From the NCBI GenBank assembly GCA_002269645.1, contig NIVC01000141.1, forward strand, positions 1 to 38,390: 38,390 nt of DNA. The letters run 5' to 3'. Below are positions 1-9,970 of this stretch, one piece after another. The translations under genes and the position numbers were made by a program. This DNA is from Macrostomum lignano. Lineage: Eukaryota. Below the pieces are notes generated by a model that was given only the letters and a program-made list of their open reading frames with translations, did no database searches and had not been told where the DNA came from. Each line of letters opens with the position of its first letter. The first letter of the stretch is position 1.

Positions 1-642
1 TTTAACAAACATAATTTTTTCCATCTTGAACTTTTTAAGTTTTAATTAAAATAAAACAATAACTTAAATTAATTTTTTAATAAAAGCAATTCACTAAATC
101 TTAACGTGTAGCCGCAAGTATAAATGTAGCTATATCTGTAAGTATATCTGTGACTATAAGTACTGCTAGCCTAGACAGGGCCAGTAAGTATTTGAACTTA
201 TAGATTATTACAAATTTTATATTATAAGAAGTTTGCCACATTTTTGTTCATGCTCTTCAGTTATTGCTGGATTTTTATTTATTCTCAAGTTGCTTAATTA
301 CGCATTTAGTAAGGCTATATAATGTTTAACTCATGACAAAGTGCAGCCAATATGTATCAAAAAAATTATTTCTTTTTCAGTAGCTACATATATAATTCTG
401 GCCACACTTTAAGATTTAGTCACTAGTGTTACTCTTAAAATTTTAATTTAATTTAGTTTCTAGAAGTTTCAAATTAAAAAAAAAAACTTTGACCACTTGG
501 GATTCAAACCTTTTCATACAATCATAAGGCAATTAACTTATCCACTAAGCAACTATTTGCTTATAAGAAAGCCCCACAGAACACACATTCTATATCAATG
601 ATTATATACATGGCAGCCATGCCTATAAGCTCCAATATTATA

Positions 643-800
643 GACACAGCCATCTACCGTGTCTCTAAGTATGAACCCATTCAATAATAACAACACAGCC
701 ACCCATTTTATCTCTAAGTGTGAACCCATTCAATATTAATGACACAGCCACCTACCATGTCTGTAAGTGTGAACCCATTCAATATTAACGACATAGCCGC
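643..800. repeat. 49-bp imperfect tandem repeat, ~3.2 copies
   Basis: GACACAGCC-like anchors at 643, 692, 741 and 790 (period 49), each full unit containing TAAGT(A/G)TGAACCCATTCAATA. Confidence 0.8.
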
Positions 801-817
801 CATGCAAGTTTCATCAA

Positions 818-957
818 CATGGCGGCCATGTCTCTAATAGTGACTAGTTCTATACTTATATATAGACACGGTAGCTGGCTAAATGTAGAAACTTGTACAC
901 ATGGCAGTTGTGTCTATAAATATAGACCTAGTCACTATTAGAGACACAGCCGCCATG
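818..957. repeat. Inverted repeat with ~50-bp arms (818-869 / 910-957) and ~40-bp spacer
   Basis: CATGGCGGCCATGTCTCTAATAGTGACTAG..TATAGACAC pairs with GTGTCTATA..CTAGTCACTATTAGAGACACAGCCGCCATG. Confidence 0.75.
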
Positions 958-1481
958 TCTATAAGTTTCTGCATTATAGACATGCCATTGTGTCTCCAAG
1001 TGTGGCATTTAATATTTTGGTTGTATTATATTTATTTCTTATCAAAAGATAAGGAAAAGGACTAAAAATGAAATTAGGCAATTGGCTATGTAGAAAATTT
1101 ATATGAGGCCTAGAAATTATTTATAGTAAAAATATTTTTTGGACAAAAATTATCATAGTACAATGTCTTAATATATAAATATAGCCTTATATAGCCCTAG
1201 CCTAGGTAACATACATTATAAAAGTTTAAAATGATTTACAATGACAAAAAGTGTCATTTTGTTTAGACAAATAAGATTTATCAAATGGGATAAAAATAAT
1301 TGTTAAAAACTTTTAAAACCTTATTGGAGTCCCTATTTATAAATAAACCCTAAAGATATTTAGATAGAATTTGTATAATTGGCATGAAAAGCAGTTTTAA
1401 CAAATTTTTAAATATCAAGTATTAGGCAAGAACTTTTGACTCTTGTTTGCAAAATTCATGAGAAATGTTTTTTGTTTATTA

Positions 1482-2271
1482 GGGCCATTCCATATAATTA
1501 TGGTCATAACATGACAGACTATTTTTACTTATAAAATGAAATCTAATAATAGAATATACTAAACCAATATTTTGAATGAAAGATTATTTTGTCAACAATA
1601 TGTTTATAAAGTTTCATATAGATATCATCATTAGTATAGATGCTATTAAACCTTGAATGGCACTTATGGTCGTAACAACAGGATTTTTGACATATAAAAA
1701 ACTAAAAGGTAAAAGTCTTATAACATTTTTCATTTTTGATACCGGTATTTTGCAATATTTTTTTTAATTTGACTAAGAACATTTTTAGAATCCATACTCT
1801 TTTATTAGAATATATAAACCCAAAAAGGCAACAAAGATACAAAAGAAAAGGCAGCCTTATGGTTATAACATTATGGTCGTAACATATTTTTTTCTGTCAA
1901 TTCAGTAACTTTGAAGTACTAATATATTAAAAATATAATAGATTATATGGTTGCTAATGTTTTTATCTGATGATGCAAGTACTATAATTTTATATATAGT
2001 TTGTTTTAACCTTCTAAAGCTTTCTATTTGTTTTTAAAAGGTACATAAACTTAATGATGTCTTTTGCTTAGAAAATGTCCAATTTTTTACAAAAATAACT
2101 TTTTGCCAATTGATAACATACTAATCCAACATTTTATCATTTATTTATTCTTAGATTGTATACATTACATACAAAAAAGATTTGGTAAAAAATGGCTGAT
2201 AAGGCAATGACAAGCAAAAATATTGACTTTTTTCCTTTTTCCAAATATGTCCATCTTATATGGAATGGGCC
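1482..2271. mobile_element. Decayed non-autonomous DNA transposon (MITE), GGGCC-ended, possibly PIF/Harbinger-like
   Basis: Imperfect ~27-bp TIRs (GGGCCATTCCATATAATTATGGTCATA / TATGTCCATCTTATATGGAATGGGCC), TTA-like flanks, and the internal motif TTATGGT(C/T)(G/A)TAAC repeated four times. Superfamily assignment is tentative. Confidence 0.5.
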
Positions 2272-2374
2272 ATTATAGAACTTATCATTATCCCTAAGCC
2301 TAATAATTATTTAATTAGGTCTAACCTATAGGCATTAATTAGGCATTTTTACAACTTACCCCTGGTCCACCACA

Positions 2375-2424
2375 ATTTACGGTGGCCAGATCAAGCCAGA
2401 TCAGCCAGCAGTTGCGCATGTATG
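2375..2424 (-). mobile_element. Solo end of the CATACATGCGCAAC-ended MITE family (see 5864-6164)
   Basis: GGCCAGATCAAGCCAGATCAGCCAGCAGTTGCGCATGTATG resembles the reverse complement of the left end at 5864. No partner end was found. Confidence 0.5.
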
Positions 2425-3087
2425 CCACATAGTAACAAAAAACAATGGGTTTATTTTTTGGGCCATATGGGGTTTTTTGGCCCCTTGAAAATCTTATTAG
2501 CAATTTAATTTTTGGTATCAGAGGCCAATCTAGCAACTTTATTTTCCCCATGCCAGTTGCCAATTTCAAAAAATGATTTTGAAAGTGTAATAAATGTGCC
2601 ATATAAATCTAAGTTGTGGCAAATAGTCACAATATACTAAATCTCTTAGATCCAACTGGTATTTCAGTCTAAAGCCTGAATGCCTGAACCGATTTTTTCA
2701 AACTTGCTTCATTTAATTGGAAATTCTTGTGAGATTATGTGGGTGTAATTGCATAAAAAAAATTGAATGGGAAGATGGTTAAGTATTTGAAAAACTTCTT
2801 GCAGTTTTCTTGCAATATTTTCTTGCAGTGAGGGCTCAATATGTCTATGGCTATAGACTAAACTTCAACTTCTTGAGCTGATGCTACACTATAAATAATT
2901 ACATATGAGTATTTGAAAACATGCTTTTCTGCATAAAGGAGAGATATCAGCCAGTGCACTTTAAAAGTATTGAAGTATTGTGCAACTGTGTATAGGCCTT
3001 ACTGCTATATATCACTCAATGTGTATATCACTGCTATATATTTGACTGCAGTGCCAAACCATATATGGCTGATGCTAAAAATTATCT

Positions 3088-3438
3088 GGATTGCTTGCTG
3101 TCTGAGGAATGCTTGCTGTCTGGGAGATGCTTGCAGTCTGGGAAATGCTGCTATCTAGGAGATGCTTGCTGTCTGGGGGATGCTTGCTGTCTGGGGGATG
3201 TTTGTTGATGCTTGCTGCTTAAGGGATTGCTTGCTATCTGGGAGATGCTTGCTATCTGGGAGTTGCTTGCTATCTGGGAGATGCTTGCTGTCTAAGGAAT
3301 GCTTGCTGTCTGGGGGATGCTTGCTGTCTGGGGGATTCTTGCTAATGCTTGCTGTCTGGGGGATGCTTGCTAATGCTTGTTGTCTAGAGGATGCTTGCTA
3401 ATGCTTGCTGTCTGGGGGATGCTTGCTTTCTGGGAGAT
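3088..3438. repeat. 18-bp minisatellite (GATGCTTGCTGTCTGGGG), ~19 degenerate copies
   Basis: Periodicity is directly visible and explains the spurious ORFs 2970-3158 and 3162-3401. Confidence 0.9.
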
Positions 3439-3982
3439 TCTTTGAGTTAGGCTAATAAAGAAGGGTCTAAGGCCCTGAGCTCCTGCTGTAGACCAGAATA
3501 TGCCCCAGTCAGTGACAATATGCACTAAGAGTTTGTGCTTGAAAGGATAAGCACTATTTGCTGATTGAGAATTTGTTTTGGGTTGATGAAGGAAACTTTT
3601 TTGGCTGATGAAAGTTTTGATTCATGGCAATTTGGTGTCATTTTTAAGGCCCTGCCTCCCTCCCACCCCCAGCGGGGGCTAAATGGCTAGTAAGTTGCTA
3701 AAATTGACAATGTCAGTAACAAGTCCCAGACAATCTCATTCCCATAGTCATATAGTGCATACACGTTTAATGAGCCTTGAAAATATATCTTTGAGAATTT
3801 GGCTAGTTGCTAATATGCAACCAAAATAACCATTGGTAACTGGATTTTGAGCCCCAAGGGCCAGCTGGAAACTGAATTTCCAACCTTAAAAAACCTAGAC
3901 AACAACTAGACACAGTCTAATTTTCAGCAATAAATCTTTTACCAATGGGTATTTGGATACAAAAACATGAGAAACTGTGTCC

Positions 3983-5342
3983 TACATATGTAATGCAAAA
4001 CTTAAGCAGGAGAAATGTAGTCTCTGCCACATGCAAAAACTTGGACAAGGTGGGTGATCAGCTTGTCCAGTTCCTTTCAAAAAATAGATTTTTCTGTCCA
4101 TCTCAAACATTATAAAGCTGCTTCTTTAACCATTGCTGGGTCTTAAAAATGCACCTGGCGTAGGCTGTTCTTGATTTGGTTGTCTAGCTAGCAGTCCACA
4201 AATTCAAATCAGGGGAGTAAGGGGGCTGATTAAGGATCTCCACTTGTTGCTTTGTAAAGAAGTCTTGTACAGACTATTTAACATATGGTTGAGCATTGTC
4301 ATGCTGCCATACCAATTCATTAAGATATGTAGAACAACTTCTCAGAGAATGCCATTTGTTGCCCATACTTTGAACAAACTGGGTATACAGGTCACCATCA
4401 AGGCTCTTTCTGTATGGCAGTGCTTGAACACAAAAATCTTTATTGCCAGTGAAAAAAATGCCCAACATGCATTTCAAAGGTGTTAGTTTGCCGGAAGGAA
4501 CCTGTGGTTAGGCTGTATCAACCAATATCTAAGCCTAAGCATCCTTCTGTATGAACTCTATATCATATCAAACCCATATCTTATCCTCAACAGTGTAGAT
4601 GTTGTTTTTCTGCTCACCTAATCTCACAAAACAGTCCTTGATAATGGCTGCATGCAGTCTCCTCTGCTCCATCTGCTGTGCTATCAGAATCTTTGGTACC
4701 CAGAAAGAAGCAACATTGTGAAATTTCAGGATATCTATTAGGATTCTGTAGATACTTATAGTAGGTATCTCAGTCTTCAAAAATCTCTCACACAGTGATA
4801 TGTGGATCATCACTGACAAGCATCAAAATTTCTTGCAACCTGTCATCCCAACTTGCAGAAACAGGCTAGCCACATTGGGGCAGGTCTTCAAATGATGTCT
4901 ATCTTCTAGATTTATAAGTTAGCCAGCCAGTTTTTTATGGTGGCATAGCATGGTGCTTAGTCATTCCAACTCTGACTTAGTATACAGTTAATTTTTGCAG
5001 CATTCTTGCCAAGTTGCTTTTCTATATAAGCAAAAAACTGGGCCTTTTCCTTATTGTAACTCATTTCATTATTTCACTCATTTCATCTATAGAAAAGTAT
5101 GATAGGCAACTTAGAAACAGATAGACAACTACTAACTTTAGGCACCAGTAAAAATGCTTTGAAACCACAGCTCTGGTTAGAGTTTGTGACCATAGAAATT
5201 TAGGTTGAGTACACATTGCACTATAGAAGCTAGGCTTCACATTCTTCCTGATAGATTTTAAATATTCAACTGAGAGCCCAAACTCTACATAGCTGCTTGG
5301 CCTATATACATGTGCTTGTGTATAATTTTTCATTCATTTGTA
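3983..5342 (-). mobile_element. Full-length but dead mariner transposon; transposase pseudogene ~5064->4002
   Basis: Minus-strand translation through stops and frameshifts gives APCYATIKNW (HTH), FWVPKIL (WVPHEL motif), EDKIWV (decayed DETWV, first D), WQHDNAQPY (second D), QPPYSPDLNL (YSPDL motif) and C-terminal GRDYI. The ~1.36-kb length is typical of mariners. Degenerate TA-ended TIRs lie at ~3983-4003 and ~5324-5342. Confidence 0.85.
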
Positions 5343-5863
5343 TACTTGTACTGCAGTTTAGAAGTTACTATAGGGGCTAAATACTTTTGGAACACTATTA
5401 TTATCATCATAAGTCCCTAGCCATTATGTCCATTGATACACATTTTTAAATAATGACTTTTCTTGACCTTTAGTCTAAAGAAATTTTTCTTAGCTATACT
5501 TGGCCTTTACCTTTTTTCTATTTCATTCTTTCAATTGCCTATCTAGTCAATTGTGGCTTGCCTTTATTTCCTTATTTCTCAACCTTTAAAATAATATTCA
5601 ACTATTGCCTTTAATATTCTATCACTTCTTGCAATATGCCTAAAGAAATAGAAATTATTTTTTATATTATATCTGTAAAGTATTTCATTTCCTTTTTGTA
5701 GACTCTTGTCATTTCTTTTTTAATCTAAGTATTTCCCAGGAAAGGCCTTGCATCCTTCTATAGGTAGGTCTTCATACCAAAATGACAAAAGCTCTTAGTT
5801 GCTTTTTTCTATTTTTCTATTTAGCTTTCTTATATATAGCAAAAATTTGCCATGACCTATCAC

Positions 5864-6164
5864 CATACATGCGCAACAGTCGGCCGAGTTGGCCGATCTA
5901 GCCAACCGATTTGGCGGCCAACCAAGGAAGTTGCAAAAATGCCCACCCAAAAAACACCCAAGTAGTAGTACTAAGTAGCTGACGAGGCATTTTGGCTTAG
6001 TAAGACAGTCATAGTTACGAGTACTTCTACCGTTTACCCAAAGTTTCGTTAATTTTGCTTTAGGTTTTTTACATGTAAGTCGCATTTTTGGCCAAGAACT
6101 ATGTCGCATTTTTGTTAAAACTAAGTCACATGGCTGACCGAATTTTGGAGGTTGCGCATGTATG
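5864..6164. mobile_element. 301-bp MITE with 14-bp TIRs and 8-bp TSD (hAT- or P-type)
   Basis: Perfect TIRs CATACATGCGCAAC / GTTGCGCATGTATG. Flanks are CCTATCAC (5856-5863) and CCTATTAC (6165-6172), differing by one C>T. Confidence 0.8.
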
Positions 6165-6219
6165 CCTATTACTATGAAACTCAATAGTATTTTATTTTAT
6201 AGATCTTTTCTGCTCTAAA

Positions 6220-7150
6220 TTTTGTAGCAGTTAACAAGAGAATTATCTGCCCATTAAAATGACTTTCTATTTATTTTTTTATCTGCTGGCATTCTATAGA
6301 TATGAGCAATTTTATGCCCCACCCCCCTGTGCTACTTCTACAAATTGCCATACACCAAAGCTTTGTACCTGATGCACAAAACAACGAAACATTCAAAGAA
6401 TCAACAAAACATCTGCAGCATGAAATCTGCAGTCCAAAGTTCACTGTTTCACACCGCACGATGACTGCGGAGTTGGAACTGTCAAAGATATCCGCCCACT
6501 AGGTACTGTGGCTCCGCACCTTCTGCACCATGACATTGCAAGTCCCCACATGGCCAAGAATATAGAGGAGACGATCGAGCAAGCAAATATTAAGCTGCTC
6601 TCACCAACGCCTTCTCTTTAGATTTGTCAATAGCTGACTTTTCCATCTTTCCAAAGATAAAGAAGCTGCTACATGGACAAATCTTTGCTTGTTGTGGGAG
6701 CCTGGGGAAGCATTGATTCGCCAAGTTCTCCTTCATGATATGCCGCGCTCAGATATTGCTGATGCCCTTGATGACATGCACAGCCGATGGCAGAAGTGTG
6801 TGCAGTGCAGCAGTGACTATGTGGAGAAGCCTCAGGACAATTTTGATGATTAACTTTTGACTGTTCTTTCCTCAGGTTTCATGCTGCGGATGTTTTGTTG
6901 ATTCTTTGAATGTTTTGTTGTTTTGTGCATCAGGTACAAAGCTTTGGTGTATGACAATTTGTAGAAGTAGCACAGGGGGTGGGGCATAAAATTGCTCATA
7001 TCTATAGAATGCCAGCAGATACAAAAATAAATAGAAAGTCATTCTAACGGGCAGATAATTCTCTTGTTAACTGCTACAAAATAAGCATTTCTGATTGGTC
7101 AGAAAAGGCTGTTGTAAAGAAAGTGCACCGACTTTTGGGACACCCCTCTG
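6220..7150 (+). mobile_element. Mariner-derived fold-back element: ~210-bp inverted arms around a transposase C-terminal fragment
   Basis: Arms 6220-6429 and 6873-7081 are ~96% identical inverted copies. The interior ~6520-6852 reads LLHHDIASPH..SLDLSIADFSIFPKIKK..RWQKCVQCSSDYVEK (mariner C-terminus). The right end resembles a mariner TIR (ACTTTTGGGACACCCCTC). Confidence 0.8.
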
Positions 7151-8014
7151 GAACATTATTGAAGGTTCTATAGTCATTATACAGGGTAGCCCACGTAATG
7201 TGCCTGGTTTAAAGCAAAACATTAATAACTTTTGTCATTTTCAACCAATGTTGACAAAACTTTAGCATAATGTTGCCCACAAGTATAGTATTATATTTGC
7301 AAAATTTATGCACAAAAGCACTCACACACATCCACATGCAAAGCAAAGTTAATGCGGCATGCCTGTAGCTTGCTTTTTTAACATTCAAATTTGGACCTCC
7401 ACTTGTATGGTGTATTTCCTACAAGTACAATAGATCTTTTTGGTATAATGATAATAATCTTATAGTGACAAGTGACAATAATATTATAGTGCAAGTGACA
7501 ATAATATTATCTGCCTACTGACTTGGCTACTTTCTTGTCTTCAGCATCTTGTTGCAAAGAATCAGAGCTTATGCAACACTTTTGCTATGATTTAGCTACC
7601 CATATAAAAAAAAACATTTAGCTTTTGATCTTATATAATAACTATTGTTTCTTTCTTAAGGAGAATGATGTTTGATTCATCTACCTTGCAAATGAAAGCC
7701 AGCCATCTAGCTTAAGATATCAGCATCGCTTTGGAGCTTTGCCATCAAAGCCTCTTAAGGCCATGGCTTAATCCTAACTGTTACTTTCCATTTGATGTTT
7801 GGCCTACCATAGTATTTCAGCAATCCCTCTCGAGTCTTTACTTCTTAGCCATTCCCCCATGAGTCTTGATAGCTAAGCCTTTTCCCGAATGACCTTGAAA
7901 TGTAGATACTTTGAGTTACATGTCTAGCTTGTTAGCATTTATTTGTGTATAATGCTTGTCTAGAAAGAATATCAAATTCGAAAACTGTGGAATTCATGTC
8001 AACTCAATGTTGCC

Positions 8015-8392
8015 ATGTCCTCTGGACCAATCATTACTAAAGTTCAATGGGGCTCTATACTGGTGAGTGGCAAGGACAGGCCCTACAAAGATGCTAAAGT
8101 TTGGCCAACAGGCAGTCGCGCTTGGGACTGGTCTGAGACAGGCACCTCGCATAACCCCGGGGTTCAACCAACTGACCTAGATGAACTGTTTGACAAAAGC
8201 CATTACTTGGACGCTTTGGTGATCTCCTGCGGCATGGAGCTGGTGTTGCAAGTTCCGGAGAGTACTGTTCTGTATGCCAAGGAGCGATGCGCTCAGGTCT
8301 TTGTACTGCAGACTGAGGAGGCTGTCTTTAAATACAACGAGCTGGTGCGCGAGGGCCAGAGAGTTGCTGGATTATTCCACTCCACCTGCTGA
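8015..8392 (+). CDS. AAMDC: Mth938 domain-containing protein (AAMDC), intronless, 125 aa
   Basis: WG..YKDAKVWPTGSRAWDWSETGTSHNPGVQP..LQTEEAV..YN.L..GLFHSTC matches the AAMDC family from end to end. The start is in a gccATG context. Confidence 0.95.
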   Translation: MSSGPIITKVQWGSILVSGKDRPYKDAKVWPTGSRAWDWSETGTSHNPGVQPTDLDELFDKSHYLDALVISCGMELVLQVPESTVLYAKERCAQVFVLQTEEAVFKYNELVREGQRVAGLFHSTC

Positions 8393-9759
8393 TAGTGCTT
8401 GATTCATTGAGTCTTTTAGCATCTTTATGCTAAAATCCTCATGAAGTCCTCGCATGCACCATGTAGCCTAGCTTCTTGCTGTGAGTCTAATCAACTTAAC
8501 TCTGTAATAAATTGCTTTTTGTTGTTTTACTTCATGGTTTTGGTTAAAAAGTTAAGTTTTAAAGGCTCTACTGCACCAGCTATCTATTTTATTCTGTCCT
8601 GTTCAGAAACTAACCTATACATGTAGCTGTTCGAACAACCTATTTTGTTGTTTGAGTACCCTCATCATGGTTCCAGATTGGAGCTCAGAATTTGGGTCTG
8701 CTGGCTCTTCCCACCTGCAAGTACTTCAAGGTGTTGCTGCTTTCGGTCCTTCATAACACATCGCTTTTTACAAACTCTAGAATTATATTTTTACCAAAAG
8801 TATATATCTGAAATTCTTTAATTTTTTTATAAATACTCACGTGCCCACCAGATTTTTTTCTAACGCCTGAGTTGATCATGAACATGCGCGTGAGTCGACT
8901 TCTCCGAACTGATTTTTTTTCCTGTGAAGCAGTTTTAAAACCTTGGTAGTAAGGAAGTGATCTTAATTTGAGCATGTTATGCCCAATGTTATTTTTTAGT
9001 CTACTGCGAACTTTAGAAGGATTTTCTATCAGGAAAGAACAGCACATGCTTGTGCGGCAGTAAAGATCCTATTGCGTGAAGCGAACACCAATGAAATGGG
9101 TTATAGAAATCATATATATACTAGCGTTCAGTGAGAATGAAGCCTGTCCGCCCTCGTCCCTTGGTCCCCTCTCGCCCTCCTGCGCTCGTGTCCTCGCCCC
9201 CTCGCCGCTCCGGCTCTCCGCCTCTTCGCCTCCTCAACTGCTCCGCTAGCTTGCCCCAAGAATCGAGCCTGAACTCTGCTATCCTGATTTAACAAAGAGA
9301 TAAATGTGGCACAGTGTATTTCTATGGTGACATTTTTTGAAAAAATGGCCACCCCAGATTTTTACTATCATCAATAGATCATGTATGTCCAGAGAGAATG
9401 CTACAAGACTTTAAAAAATCCATCGAGCAGTTGCTAAGAAACTACTGTTTTTCTGTTTTTAATGCTGTTTTATGCTGTTTCGTGCTATTTGTTTTTGTTT
9501 TTCTAGTTCAAACAGAAAATCACTTATAAGCTTAAGGTCCATTTGTTTAGCCAACAAATAGGCTGTTTTTTACACACATTTCATATGCTAATCAAAATGA
9601 ATGTTCCAAAAATACAGGGTACAATTGTGTGATTGAATGTAACAAATAGGTTTTGTACTAGCTGTACTACTTCTCTATTGAGGGGAGACTGTGTGTGCAT
9701 GATTTGGAGTTGAAGAACGCAGTCACTCATCTATTACTCAATCAAATAGTGTGCTATAC

Positions 9760-9891
9760 ATTGCGCAATGCACACAAGTTTGCTGAGCTAAAAACTTGTC
9801 TGCTCAGCAATCAATGAATATATATAAGTCGCTCTTATCGATTGATTTCACTTTAATCTAACTAGAGAAGTTTTTATATTCATTGCGCAAT
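9760..9891. promoter_or_regulatory. Putative transposase promoter: two perfect ATTGCGCAAT palindromes flanking a TATA-like tract
   Basis: ATTGCGCAAT at 9760-9769 and 9882-9891, TATATATAAG at ~9819-9828, and a small inverted repeat TTGCTGAGC/GCTCAGCAA at ~9780-9810. Function is inferred. Confidence 0.45.
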
Positions 9892-9970
9892 CTCTGCGTC
9901 TCATTACATATCAGATTTGTTGTGTAGCACCTTTCTTAATCGACACCAAGCACGCTCAGTGTTAGGCATT

